DNA of 40,159 nucleotides from the IMG/VR virus record IMGVR_UViG_3300028916_000007. One strand, written 5' to 3'. The number at the start of each line of letters is the position of its first letter. Positions within the stretch are counted from its first letter, which is position 1. The translations under genes were made by a program, and so were the position numbers. This document shows, piece by piece, positions 1 through 9,261 of the stretch. This DNA is from a virus. The notes below the pieces were generated by a model, which did no database searches, was not told the DNA's origin, and saw only the letters and a program-made list of their open reading frames with translations.

Positions 1-77
1 CCATGAAAAGCTGTGTCGAGTGTGGCTTTATGTGGCAATGAGATAATACCGTATTTTCCTAACTGCCTGAAGGTGCA
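1..77. repeat. Terminal direct repeat, copy 1 (contig self-overlap)
   Basis: ccatgaaaagctgtgtcgagtgtggctttatgtggcaatgagataataccgtattttcctaactgcctgaaggtgca is identical to 40083-40159. Confidence 0.95.
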
Positions 78-112
78 TACTTATAAATACCGTATCCGGC
101 ATATAGGACAGC

Positions 113-568
113 ATGCCTGCTGAGAAATATAATAATCGCTGCCTGACACTATACTTTTCTTCCAAAAGTGAGTATGACGCTACCCTGGGCGCCGCCCAAG
201 CCGCCCAGGTGCCGCACTCAAAGTTCTGCCTAGAAATGATCAGGCGAGGCATGGAGCCACGCGAGCCAGTCGTCATCGAAGACAATGCGCCACTTCATCA
301 CGAGATCCGGCGACAGCTCCTCCGAATCCAAGAGCTGGAGAGGGAAGTCTTTGAGCTGCAGGGCAGGAGCCTGAGGAGCGAATGCTCCTTCTCGCCAGAG
401 CTGATCTGCCTGATGCAAGATGGCGGGGTCAGGCGGCCCGCTGAGATCCTGAGGGCGCTGGGGCTTTCTGCCAACGTGGAGACACTATCAGCCCTTTCCT
501 CCCACCTCCACCGCCTCCAGGATCTGCATGTGGTCGAGGAGCGGCAGAATGGATGGAAGTGGCTATGA
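113..568 (+). CDS. DNA-binding protein with RHH-like N-terminus and winged-helix-like C-terminus, upstream of and overlapping the integrase (candidate excisionase/regulator)
   Basis: 151-aa ORF. The N-terminal CLTLYFSSKSEYDATLGAAQAAQVPHSKFCLEMIRRG fits a strand-helix-helix pattern. A central coiled coil is followed by a C-terminal RRPAEILRALGLSANVETLSALSSHLHRLQDLHVV segment that is HTH-like. The ORF overlaps the int start by 16 nt. Confidence 0.4.
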   Translation: MPAEKYNNRCLTLYFSSKSEYDATLGAAQAAQVPHSKFCLEMIRRGMEPREPVVIEDNAPLHHEIRRQLLRIQELEREVFELQGRSLRSECSFSPELICLMQDGGVRRPAEILRALGLSANVETLSALSSHLHRLQDLHVVEERQNGWKWL

Positions 569-1446
569 GCATGCTGGGTGCATTCATAGACGATCTGGTC
601 TTGCGCAGGCAAGCAAAGTCTACGATCGCCGCCAGCCGAACCCGGATCAGGCAGTACCTGGAATGGTGTGCTGCCCAGAACATCGACCCGAAAGCAGTGG
701 ACCATGACAACTTCCTGGCATACCTGCGACATCTCCAGGGCCTGGGCCACAAGACAACCACATTGCAGCGCGAGTTCGTGACGCTCGTATCTTTCTATGA
801 ATTCCTGGACCTGGCGTCCGCTGGCGATCTGAAAAAGATTCGAAAAAAGTACCTCCGGGTCTACAAGCCGGATGGTGAAAAGCGCCAGATAATCAGCATT
901 CCACAGGCCGCTGAAATGGTAGCCGCGACGTGCAGCACCCGTGATCAGGCGATATTGCAGGTGCTCTTCAAAACTGGTATCCGGCGCGGCGAGCTTACGA
1001 CGATCGACGTATCTGATGTAGATATGGATGCCATGAGCATCAGGCTGAAGCCTACCGGAAAAAGGAGCAATCGAACGGTCTATTTCGATCGAGAAGCTCA
1101 AGCCGCTTTGCGCCGGTGGCTCGCGGTGCGGCAGTCCATCGGCTCTACACTCTTCACCACCACGACTGGCGAGCGCCTGGGCGGATTCGGTCTGACGATG
1201 CTAGTAGAGAAGGCAGCCGAACGAGTGGGGCTGCATGAAGCGAAAGGCCCTCTTGAGAGGAGGTTCGGCCCACATTGTTGCCGCCACTGGTTCACCACCC
1301 ACCTTCTCCGGGCAGGCATGAGGCGCGAGTACGTGCAGTGGCTCCGGGGTGACTCGATCCGGGAGGCGGTGGATATCTATTTTCACATTGATCCCGAGGA
1401 CGTTCGCCGGGCCTACCTGGCGCATATCCCGCGCCTAGGCATCTGA
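553..1446 (+). CDS. int: Tyrosine recombinase / integrase, XerC/D-like
   Basis: 297 aa with an N-terminal SAM-like core-binding region. Catalytic motifs are GIRRGEL (Arg I), HCCRHWFTTHLL (H-x-x-R box) and AVDIYFH (Tyr). Confidence 0.85.
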   Translation: MEVAMSMLGAFIDDLVLRRQAKSTIAASRTRIRQYLEWCAAQNIDPKAVDHDNFLAYLRHLQGLGHKTTTLQREFVTLVSFYEFLDLASAGDLKKIRKKYLRVYKPDGEKRQIISIPQAAEMVAATCSTRDQAILQVLFKTGIRRGELTTIDVSDVDMDAMSIRLKPTGKRSNRTVYFDREAQAALRRWLAVRQSIGSTLFTTTTGERLGGFGLTMLVEKAAERVGLHEAKGPLERRFGPHCCRHWFTTHLLRAGMRREYVQWLRGDSIREAVDIYFHIDPEDVRRAYLAHIPRLGI

Positions 1447-1538
1447 TAGGAGCCACCCCTAAGCCATGTGGTTAGAGCGATATCTATATATACTAGCGCC
1501 ACCCTATAGGGTATTGCTGAAATGCGAGGTTGAGGAAA

Positions 1539-1850
1539 ATGGTAACAAAAGGCGCAATGGCCATAATCGAGAATCCAGAAGTTCGAAAGCTGTTGAGTGA
1601 AAAGGGCGAGAAGATCGATCTTCTCAATTCGATTATCGAGGATGCCCTGAATTCCCTGATGGATCAGATATTTGGCTCTAAGCAGTTGATTGGGGAGGGC
1701 GAAAGTGCGTTTGACTGGATGCCCCCTAAAGAATATGTCCCTCTGCCAGGAACTGAAAAACTGGTAGAACTCGCAATCGCGATGAATATGAAGGCATACG
1801 GTGAAATTCGATGTGCCCCGCTACTGAAAATGCAGAAGGAGGCGGCCTAG
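1539..1850 (+). CDS. Hypothetical protein
   Basis: The track ORF at 1530 starts on TTG. The ATG at 1539 is preceded by GAGG motifs, and a TATA-like ctatatatac lies ~45 nt upstream. It is the first gene of a 5-gene plus-strand cluster. Confidence 0.45.
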   Translation: MVTKGAMAIIENPEVRKLLSEKGEKIDLLNSIIEDALNSLMDQIFGSKQLIGEGESAFDWMPPKEYVPLPGTEKLVELAIAMNMKAYGEIRCAPLLKMQKEAA

Positions 1851-2177
1851 ATGGCCATTGATATCATGGAGCGCGATGCCCGCGCTATGGCCGGGGAGGT
1901 ATTTCCCGGAACCCGGATGGAAGTATTTTTCGGGGATGTGGCCCTGCCACTTCCAGCTGAATGGGCTGCCATGATGAGCACCGCGAAAGGTGCCCATAAC
2001 CGGGTTCTCATCCCGGGCAAGGGTGCATGGGCCGTCTGGGTGTCATGCGACCACGGCTCGATGAGTTGTGGAAAATGGAGGCTCTCAGAAGAGGAGATCG
2101 CCACGACGAAATGGGGGGCGCCCCCCATCTGGTCGATCAGAAACGGGCGCGAGATCGCTGAACGGGAGGTGGCCTGA
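1851..2177 (+). CDS. Hypothetical protein
   Basis: 108-aa ORF starting immediately after the previous stop (tagATG). No motif recognised. Confidence 0.45.
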   Translation: MAIDIMERDARAMAGEVFPGTRMEVFFGDVALPLPAEWAAMMSTAKGAHNRVLIPGKGAWAVWVSCDHGSMSCGKWRLSEEEIATTKWGAPPIWSIRNGREIAEREVA

Positions 2178-2180
2178 GCC

Positions 2181-2573
2181 ATGCCCGCCACCTTCGAGGG
2201 TCACGCCTCCCTCGACCAGGAAACGTGGCTCTGGCACCGTGACCACCCCGGCCAGCTCTCGCGTCTGGCGAAAGAAGCGATTCGCCGGGAGATCGCCCTG
2301 GAATCCCTTCCGGACGGCATGAGAGACGATGCCCTTGAGGCGGCCACCGCGGGCTTTTTCTCCATGTATGATCTATGCGGCGACTACGCCGTCGTTGGCA
2401 TGGAGCTGGCCAGGCACAAGGCCACAGACGCGCAGATGGCGCGGGATGCCGAATGGCTCGATGTCCCGTCAGGGCGCCTCATGGCCACTCTCCAGGAACT
2501 ATTTGATCTCGAGTTGGAGACGCAGCTCAAGAAAAGGGCGATTCTTCTGGCAACTAGAAAAGATCATATCTGA
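2181..2573 (+). CDS. Hypothetical protein
   Basis: 130-aa ORF beginning 4 nt after the previous stop. No motif recognised. Confidence 0.45.
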   Translation: MPATFEGHASLDQETWLWHRDHPGQLSRLAKEAIRREIALESLPDGMRDDALEAATAGFFSMYDLCGDYAVVGMELARHKATDAQMARDAEWLDVPSGRLMATLQELFDLELETQLKKRAILLATRKDHI

Positions 2574-2592
2574 AAGAAATGAATGTGGTGGA

Positions 2593-2895
2593 ATGATGAA
2601 ATTGATACTATCGATATTGGCGGCGCTGCTCATGGTAGCGCCATGCATCGCAATGACAGATACTCAGGCGGCCTACCTGAAGGGCTTCCAGGCGGGATAC
2701 GATATGCGCGCCCTCTGGCAGGATGACGTTGCCGCCTACAATGTCGAGGCTTCCGCCTTCAACGCATCCCTCGCGGCCAACCTGAATGAGTCCGAGGCAG
2801 CGGCGTTCATGCTGCCCTTGGCTGCTGAGCGGATCGCCCTGGTGCCTGCCATATTCAATGTCAGCATCCCGATCGAGGAGCTGAGGAAGGCATGA
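2593..2895 (+). CDS. Small secreted or membrane-anchored protein
   Basis: Internal ATG of track ORF 2329-2895. The N-terminus MMKLILSILAALLMVAPCIA looks like a signal peptide. The upstream part of the track ORF overlaps 2181-2573 in another frame. NxS/T sequons are present. Confidence 0.55.
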   Translation: MMKLILSILAALLMVAPCIAMTDTQAAYLKGFQAGYDMRALWQDDVAAYNVEASAFNASLAANLNESEAAAFMLPLAAERIALVPAIFNVSIPIEELRKA

Positions 2896-3308
2896 AGGCC
2901 TTCTTTTTCTTGGTCTGCCTGGCGCTCATCACCACGGCAGCGGCCTATACTCTAGAACAGCAGGCCATGTACGACGGCACACAATTGAGCTGGAAGATGG
3001 CCACGGCCTACGCAGCCCAGGATGTCCCGACCTACAATGGCCTAGTCGATCAGTGGAATGCCTGGGTGCAGGCCAATTTCGGAGAGGATGCCAATATGCT
3101 CATGCAGAAGCTGACCGGGCCGGTGGACCTAAGCAAGCCATACCTGCTTGGCAACAACACAACCAAAGGCGGAATCGTGCACGCCATTGATGGTATGAAT
3201 AATATGAGTGGTGCAAAGTACACCACAAATGACATGAATCTGCTACCTGATCCTGGAAACATCAGCCAGGTAAAGAACGAAGGCGGACAGTGGTTGGGCG
3301 GGGTCTAG
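2892..3308 (+). CDS. Secreted protein, distant paralogue of 2593-2895
   Basis: Signal-peptide-like MKAFFFLVCLALITTAAA. The mature N-terminus is loosely alignable with the previous gene (QAAYLKGFQAGYDM.. vs QQAMYDGTQLSWKM..). ATGA start overlap with the upstream stop. Confidence 0.55.
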   Translation: MKAFFFLVCLALITTAAAYTLEQQAMYDGTQLSWKMATAYAAQDVPTYNGLVDQWNAWVQANFGEDANMLMQKLTGPVDLSKPYLLGNNTTKGGIVHAIDGMNNMSGAKYTTNDMNLLPDPGNISQVKNEGGQWLGGV

Positions 3309-3592
3309 TCCCTGCCCATGCTCGTTTTTGCGACATCCAACAGCAGCCTGATTCTATCTGCCCTCATGCCAGCGAGCCTGTAGGCCCGCTGCGCTTCGGC
3401 CATTTTCGGCTGAAGGTCCTGGAGCTTCTTTTTGATCTGATCTGCTTTTCTCGACCCGTCCTTGAACTCCGCCAGATCCGCCGCGAGTTCCTGTTGCTTG
3501 TCTTCGATTTTCGCCAAATCCTGAAAAGCATTCTCAAGAGCGTCGAATGCCGCGTTTACGTCATCTACTGATATCGTTTTAATCAACTCCAT
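3305..3592 (-). CDS. Coiled-coil protein at the distal end of the tail-fibre operon (possible fibre assembly factor)
   Basis: The ATG at 3592 overlaps the TGA of the upstream fibre gene (TGATG). Heptad-rich, charged sequence. Confidence 0.4.
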   Translation of the reverse strand: MELIKTISVDDVNAAFDALENAFQDLAKIEDKQQELAADLAEFKDGSRKADQIKKKLQDLQPKMAEAQRAYRLAGMRADRIRLLLDVAKTSMGRD

Positions 3593-4293
3593 CAAATTTT
3601 CTGAATGTAACAAAGTGCTATGCAGAAGGGCAGGCTTGCCACCGCGTCTCCCGTGAAGCTCGTGCCTTCTGCTGCGCTGTGGCCGTGTGACGATCCGCTT
3701 CCCGCCGATCCGACGCTTGATCCGGTTTTTGCATAGAGAGCAATCTCGCTGCCACTATAGGCATCGTCCCACGCCGCAGGCCGAGTATCAGAATATGTGT
3801 GCGAGTGTGCCGCCATTTCTCCGATCGTCACTGCATGGCCGTCCACCGCAATTGTTCCGGTCGCGTTGAATGTAGTCGATCCGCCTGTGTCGCCCGGGGA
3901 ATAGGTAGATCCTGCCCCAATCACAAAGCGGTCCCGGAGGTCTATTGTGCCGCCCGAGCCATCGCATAGAGCCCATCCAGACGGAATAGAGGCAATCGAC
4001 CCATACCACATCACCACCAGGCCAACCGGGACGCCTAGGCCTGCGAAACTTGCTGCATGTAGATTGCCCGTGCTCTTGTAGATCAGGTCGGCATCTGATC
4101 CAGAGCCGCTGCCATCATTGCCAGAATACCAAAAAGTAGCTTGCATCTCCGTTTTCGTGTAATAGCTTCCGTCATGCGCATGAGTGGCGAGATAACTAGA
4201 CAACTCTGTATATATAGTCTCGAAGTTGTCCATTTTGCTGGTGGTGATAAGATCATCCTCTGCCCAAGGATCTTCGTTTTTCGTATATGTCAA
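3592..4293 (-). CDS. Tail fibre protein with phage tail-collar domain (paralogue 3)
   Basis: 233 aa. Motifs are SIPSGWALCDG, IDLRDRFVIGAGSTYSPGDTGG and HSHTY, the collar-domain signature G-W-x-CDG...DLR-R...G. Confidence 0.7.
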   Translation of the reverse strand: MTYTKNEDPWAEDDLITTSKMDNFETIYTELSSYLATHAHDGSYYTKTEMQATFWYSGNDGSGSGSDADLIYKSTGNLHAASFAGLGVPVGLVVMWYGSIASIPSGWALCDGSGGTIDLRDRFVIGAGSTYSPGDTGGSTTFNATGTIAVDGHAVTIGEMAAHSHTYSDTRPAAWDDAYSGSEIALYAKTGSSVGSAGSGSSHGHSAAEGTSFTGDAVASLPFCIALCYIQKI

Positions 4294-4305
4294 AACTCAT
4301 CACTC

Positions 4306-5025
4306 CTATGCATATTTCATGATGTAATATAAGCCATGAAACGCCGGGCGGGGATCAATGGCAGCAAAGCTCGCCGTAGATCCTGCATGCGTGTGGGTGC
4401 CATCGCCGGTCACCATCACATCAGTCGTGCGACCAACCGACGTATAGCTATCATCAGGCGTGTCATAATAATCAATCGAATAAAAATAACCATCTCCAGC
4501 CCACACGCCGCTATATTCGATGAATGTATGGGCATGCGTCGGCAATTCGGCGGTCGTGAGGGCATGATCCCCAATCGTAACGCTGCCGGTTGGCGTTATG
4601 GTGCCATTCCACGAAGCCGGGCCTCCTGTATCATTTACTGCATAGGCACTCCCCGCACCAACAACGAACCTGTCTCTTAGATCAGGAGTCGCATAACCCC
4701 CATAGGTTCCACCATCACAGATGTGCCAGTTCGTGGGTACATTCGCATCAGTGCCAGACCATATCATTATACAGCCGAGGGGCATAACGGCGGCTACCAG
4801 ATCGCTGAAATGATTGCCATCCAACTTGTCGGCGTCGAATCCGATATAGAATGACGTGGTAAAAAATGTTGCATCTGATAGCGTTTTCGTGTAATATCTG
4901 GCGTCGTGGTTATGGGCGTCGGCATCAGCTTTCGCTTCATCCCATTGAGTCTCTATCCAGTTAAAGGCGGCTCCGGTCAATTGGTCAGAAGACATCCACG
5001 GATAATTATATTTAATATAGCCCAA
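4306..5025 (-). CDS. Tail fibre protein with phage tail-collar domain (paralogue 2)
   Basis: 239 aa. Motifs are VPTNWHICDG, PDLRDRFVVGAGSAYAVNDTGG, HAHTF and a DADKLDGNH fibre motif. Confidence 0.7.
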   Translation of the reverse strand: MGYIKYNYPWMSSDQLTGAAFNWIETQWDEAKADADAHNHDARYYTKTLSDATFFTTSFYIGFDADKLDGNHFSDLVAAVMPLGCIMIWSGTDANVPTNWHICDGGTYGGYATPDLRDRFVVGAGSAYAVNDTGGPASWNGTITPTGSVTIGDHALTTAELPTHAHTFIEYSGVWAGDGYFYSIDYYDTPDDSYTSVGRTTDVMVTGDGTHTHAGSTASFAAIDPRPAFHGLYYIMKYA

Positions 5026-5060
5026 ATAACCACCCCCTAATTAAAACCGATTCAAGTCGA

Positions 5061-5762
5061 TCACGCCTTTTGGATATAACAAGCCGCGTAATATTGCGGC
5101 ATCTTGGTCTGCCCCGATGTCCCCGTAAAGCTCGCGGTGTGAGAATGCGCATCACCCGAGCCAGTTGAACCGGTAGATAAGCCAGTCACCGTACTCTGCA
5201 GACCGGCCCCGACCAGTCCCGCCCCCCACGTGCCCCATTTGCTATTTCGGTTTCCGCTATAATAATCCGTATATGTGTGTGTGTGCTTTGCTATCTCTCC
5301 TGCCGTTAGCGCGTGCCCAGCAACCGTTATAGTTGCCGTTGTGGTTACGGTATTTGCTCCACCTGTATCTCCTTTCGAGTAGTGGCTTCCAGCTCCCACT
5401 ACAAACCTATCTCGCAGGTCGGGTGTACCGTTTAGGCCATTGCAGAGCAGCCACCCGGACGGGATTGAAGCCTCGCTTCCTGACCACCAAGCGATTACAC
5501 CAGATGGCGATCCGGCAGCTATGATCTGATCGCTCGTGTAGTCATCCAGGGTTGCGGCGATCAGGCCGGAACCAGCGCCGTCGTTGGCTGAGGTGAAATA
5601 GCGGGCGGCGGCTTCTGCTTCGGTATAGTACCGCTCGCTATGGGTGATGGCATCGATATATGAGCATGCCTGAGAGTACATGCCTTCCAGATTGTCCAGT
5701 GCCGTGAGCTTTTGCGCTGTGGTATGGCCGTGCTCCAACCATGTCGTCTTGCTGTAGCTCAT
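5061..5762 (-). CDS. Tail fibre protein with phage tail-collar domain (paralogue 1)
   Basis: 233 aa. Motifs are SIPSGWLLCNG, PDLRDRFVVGAGSHYSKGDTGG and HTHTY. Confidence 0.7.
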   Translation of the reverse strand: MSYSKTTWLEHGHTTAQKLTALDNLEGMYSQACSYIDAITHSERYYTEAEAAARYFTSANDGAGSGLIAATLDDYTSDQIIAAGSPSGVIAWWSGSEASIPSGWLLCNGLNGTPDLRDRFVVGAGSHYSKGDTGGANTVTTTATITVAGHALTAGEIAKHTHTYTDYYSGNRNSKWGTWGAGLVGAGLQSTVTGLSTGSTGSGDAHSHTASFTGTSGQTKMPQYYAACYIQKA

Positions 5763-7561
5763 GCCCCTCCATTCGTATATGTGGCGTTCACCTGATAGCT
5801 TTCCAGCGCGCTCTTGATCCGATTGAAGTTCGCCCTGAAAAGCTCTACCCCGCTACCCCATGCAGCCGAAGCCGAGTCCCCGCCCCAGAAAACTACCTCG
5901 TCAATTTCACCCACTGCTTCCGATGGGCTGATGAAGGAGTAGCTATGGAAGACAGCATCATTTGTGATGTCTGGTGTGCTTGTGTGTGCTTTTCGGAATA
6001 CGCACGCTCCTCCCTGCCAGAACTCGATGTATAGGGCGCGGTCTGCTTCTTCGAAGCAGGGCCAAGAGTCATCCGAAACAGTCACCCCTGGATAGGCAGT
6101 GGTGAAAGGATTGGGCCTATCGGCTGTAGCGAATGTATGAGAAAAATTGTACAGTTTGGTTACGCCAGTCGAATCGCTTACGCCTTCACTGACCGTGTAT
6201 TGTAACTCATACGCTTTATTAAGAAAGTTTTCCCAGTCTTCTTGAACTGGGCCGTACACCGCCTGGACAGCGTACTCTGTGTCCCCGTCTTTCACGCTCT
6301 CGTTCACTGAGCAGATCAGGATATCTTCATCAATGCTCTGGTAGTCCCACGCCTGGAGGACTCCTGCAGCAAGCCCGGCCCGGCGCGTCTTGTAGCTGAT
6401 TTGGATGCCATCGACGCCGTACTCTGTGAGCTTCGCATTGGCATACTCACCGGCAGCGGTGATCGACTTCAGAGACTCATCTACCGTGATGTGCTCGACC
6501 TTGCCACTACCCACGCCCTGGCGGGCAGCATTGGCAGCAATTGCTGTGAGGTCTTCCGCCTTGCTCTTGGATTTCCACAGGCCGTAGTAGACGACCACGA
6601 TGGAAGCTGATTGTGCGGGCGCGGTTTCAAAAGTCAGAGTCTCGCTTTCCACTGCATAGTAGCACTCATAGCTTCCAGCGTCCGTGCCCTTCTGGCCGAT
6701 GGTTTTGGCAGCTCCGGCCACAGCGACGGATGTCACCCGGTTCACAGGATAGCCGAGCGGGAAGGTCTTGGTGGTGCCGTCCCCCAGGAAGGCTTCGGTC
6801 TGCTCGGCAGTTTCTTCGTAGCCGCCAACCACTATCTCAGTATTTCTGTATTTCTCATTGCCCCTGGTGATTGTCAGTGAGTCCTGCAGGATGTCGGCAC
6901 CATCCGATACGCTCCATTCAGCAGCATATAGCGTCCGGCTGTGAAAGTAGAGCTTGAGGTCATAGTCCAGATAGCAGACGAATCCGCAGGCCTCAGCGAG
7001 TTTGGAAAATCCTTCGTATACCGACTTGTTTGAGATGGCGATCTCATCCATGAGGTTGCCGCCTTCGATATAGCCTTCGGTGACGCCTTCCTCCCCCAGG
7101 TACTCACTCAGAATCTCCCGGACAGCGTCACCTGCAAGCTTGTCTTCAGCGGCGTAATCCGCCATCCGCCAATCCAGGATCGAAGAGAGATCAGCCGCTT
7201 CAATCGAATGGAACTTGATGGCCGTGCCTGGTATTCGTATTGTCTGGCAGCTTTGCACCACCCCCATGAAGCGGATTTCATTGTCTAGATTCCTGATATG
7301 CACTAGCTGCCGCTCATAGAAAGTGTATGCCCCGGATGCATCGTACACAGTGAAGCTGGCGGTGGACCTGTGATCGGCATTGTGCTCGATGTTCAAGCCG
7401 GATTCATTCAGCCACAGGTGGCCGATTCCGGCCCAATCGTCATCAAGCAGCACAGAATCATTTTCCAGCAGCTCAGCATCATTCTCCAGGAGAGTGGACG
7501 TATAGAGATCCGTGGTGCCCACAGTGACCAGTGGATCAGGCATTACAGGATCAGGCATCAC
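5759..7561 (-). CDS. Tail-tip / baseplate-like structural protein
   Basis: 600-aa ORF, second gene after the tape measure, with ATGA-type overlaps on both sides. The call is positional. Confidence 0.45.
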   Translation of the reverse strand: MMPDPVMPDPLVTVGTTDLYTSTLLENDAELLENDSVLLDDDWAGIGHLWLNESGLNIEHNADHRSTASFTVYDASGAYTFYERQLVHIRNLDNEIRFMGVVQSCQTIRIPGTAIKFHSIEAADLSSILDWRMADYAAEDKLAGDAVREILSEYLGEEGVTEGYIEGGNLMDEIAISNKSVYEGFSKLAEACGFVCYLDYDLKLYFHSRTLYAAEWSVSDGADILQDSLTITRGNEKYRNTEIVVGGYEETAEQTEAFLGDGTTKTFPLGYPVNRVTSVAVAGAAKTIGQKGTDAGSYECYYAVESETLTFETAPAQSASIVVVYYGLWKSKSKAEDLTAIAANAARQGVGSGKVEHITVDESLKSITAAGEYANAKLTEYGVDGIQISYKTRRAGLAAGVLQAWDYQSIDEDILICSVNESVKDGDTEYAVQAVYGPVQEDWENFLNKAYELQYTVSEGVSDSTGVTKLYNFSHTFATADRPNPFTTAYPGVTVSDDSWPCFEEADRALYIEFWQGGACVFRKAHTSTPDITNDAVFHSYSFISPSEAVGEIDEVVFWGGDSASAAWGSGVELFRANFNRIKSALESYQVNATYTNGGA

Positions 7562-9261
7562 AACTCCGCAGATATCGCTATATATGCCGCCGTGTCGTTC
7601 TCAGCCGCGAACTGGTAGTTCCGCCAATCCGCAAGCGCATCCGTCATGGTGGATATCAGGAGCGTGACATATTTCCCTGCAGTATATCCCTCCAACGAGA
7701 TGGCATTGCATGTGTATATCGTTGTTCCATCATAAAGGCAAAAAGTACCGCTCACATCTATCGATATTGCAGCACAGCGCATTTCAGGATGGAAAACCAT
7801 GATCTGTGCGTTTCCGTCCGCGCTTTTAATTCCGGTACCTAATCGGTGATAGGTCTTGCCCGCCGCGCCATCCTTCCAGTAGAAATACGTGCAATGAGCC
7901 AACTCTTGCTTGTAGTCGCGCGGGAGAAATGGGAGGCACACGGCACCGGCATTAAGCTGCACATCTGAAATATATAGCAAATCATCGACCACTGCATCGG
8001 TATCATCTACCCAGATGAAAACCGCTAGATTCGCCATGCTGGCTGTATCGATGCTGATGTTTTCGATTTTGTGTATTGTCCAGGTATCGGCCACGAGTGC
8101 CATGTTTGCTGGTACGTTCTCCGCCGTCCAGTTTGCCGCCAACGTGGGGTTCGCACCTTCAGCACCCCATGATGCAACTACGTCGCTGGTGACAACATCT
8201 GCAGTAGACGACCAAGACAGCACTGCCACCCGGATATTCTCGATGACCTTCCCCGTCACTGTCCGGGCCTTGAATTGCAGGCTGGCTGTCTTCCCTGCGT
8301 ATCGAATAGAATCCTTACTTTCGATGATTTGCAGAATTCCAAATTTCTTGTTTTGTGTCTCGACTTCGAACTTAGCGGACGCGGCGCCGCCTGTTGGTAC
8401 GACTGATGCATCCTGGCTGACATCAACGATATCATTTCCATCAGAAAGCAGTATCCAGCGATCTATTAGATACGTATCGTCTGAATTGGCTGGCGTAGTT
8501 GCTGAGGTGAACACCGTTGCCCTTTGAGATATCTGGAAAGAGCCGTTTACTAATGCCTGGCGATATACGCCGTCCGTCATCAGATCGGCCCAGGAAAGCC
8601 CCGCGGCCTGGGCTATATCTGCTATGAGAGTCTGCCCATTGGTGCCGACTCCGAGCCTTGCCGGGGTGCTGGCGGCGGTCGCTGCCCACATATCCCCCTT
8701 CGTGGTGAGGTCGGCTTTGAGCGGCATTGCAAGGATTGTTTGGGCCTCTGATAAGGTTTTCTTGACAAATGCCCCTGATTCAGAGGCTACAAGGAAATCA
8801 TTGGCCGCCGTGGCCAATGAGTGTTTCAGGAAGGCCGTGTCATGCAGGCCATCCAGGAGATCCACATTCAGGTTGGCGACTTTCACGGCGCTCGTGATTG
8901 TCATTGGGGCAGCACCGCCATCGGCCAGATCCAGATTCAGAGACTGGGCTCGTATCTCGTAGGCACCGAAATCCACATTGCCGCCCACCGCCGTAACTGG
9001 CCAGACTTGCCGCCACACTGCGCCCCCAGTGGATGCATCCACGCACTCCCAAATGGCCGTCGTAGTGTACCATCTGCTGCCGGTTGCATAGCCTTCGCTA
9101 TCATCGTTGTCTGCATCCGGATCTAGCGCCCCGGCATTCCAATTGCTTTTTGCTAGATAGGCATCTATGATATCGGCATTCGTATTGAAATATGAAATCA
9201 GATTGGCGCGGGTAGAGACTCCCGCGACAAGTTTCTCCAGTGCTATTCGTGTAGTCGTCAT
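7558..9261 (-). CDS. Tail fibre / receptor-binding-like protein
   Basis: 567 aa, immediately downstream of the tape measure. The N-terminal motif DDSEGYATGSRWYTTTAIWECVDASTGGAVW and LNVDLLDGLHDTAF are typical of phage fibre proteins. Confidence 0.5.
   Translation of the reverse strand: MTTTRIALEKLVAGVSTRANLISYFNTNADIIDAYLAKSNWNAGALDPDADNDDSEGYATGSRWYTTTAIWECVDASTGGAVWRQVWPVTAVGGNVDFGAYEIRAQSLNLDLADGGAAPMTITSAVKVANLNVDLLDGLHDTAFLKHSLATAANDFLVASESGAFVKKTLSEAQTILAMPLKADLTTKGDMWAATAASTPARLGVGTNGQTLIADIAQAAGLSWADLMTDGVYRQALVNGSFQISQRATVFTSATTPANSDDTYLIDRWILLSDGNDIVDVSQDASVVPTGGAASAKFEVETQNKKFGILQIIESKDSIRYAGKTASLQFKARTVTGKVIENIRVAVLSWSSTADVVTSDVVASWGAEGANPTLAANWTAENVPANMALVADTWTIHKIENISIDTASMANLAVFIWVDDTDAVVDDLLYISDVQLNAGAVCLPFLPRDYKQELAHCTYFYWKDGAAGKTYHRLGTGIKSADGNAQIMVFHPEMRCAAISIDVSGTFCLYDGTTIYTCNAISLEGYTAGKYVTLLISTMTDALADWRNYQFAAENDTAAYIAISAEL

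Noticed and set aside
1-77. Terminal 77-nt repeat as attL/attR, LTR or transposon ends
   Set aside because: The repeat starts in the middle of a coding sequence that continues seamlessly across the junction, and no host flanking DNA is present. Contig self-overlap of a circular or terminally redundant genome is the simplest explanation.
298-1101. 267-aa ORF antisense to the integrase and to ORF 113-568
   Set aside because: It lies entirely opposite a gene with clear tyrosine-recombinase motifs. The sequence is Arg/Ser/Cys-rich and low-complexity with no motif. It is a typical antisense shadow ORF.
2329-2592. N-terminal extension of track ORF 2329-2895
   Set aside because: It overlaps ORF 2181-2573 in another frame, and its composition is Arg/Trp/Ser-rich. 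The internal ATG at 2593 gives a clean signal-peptide N-terminus.
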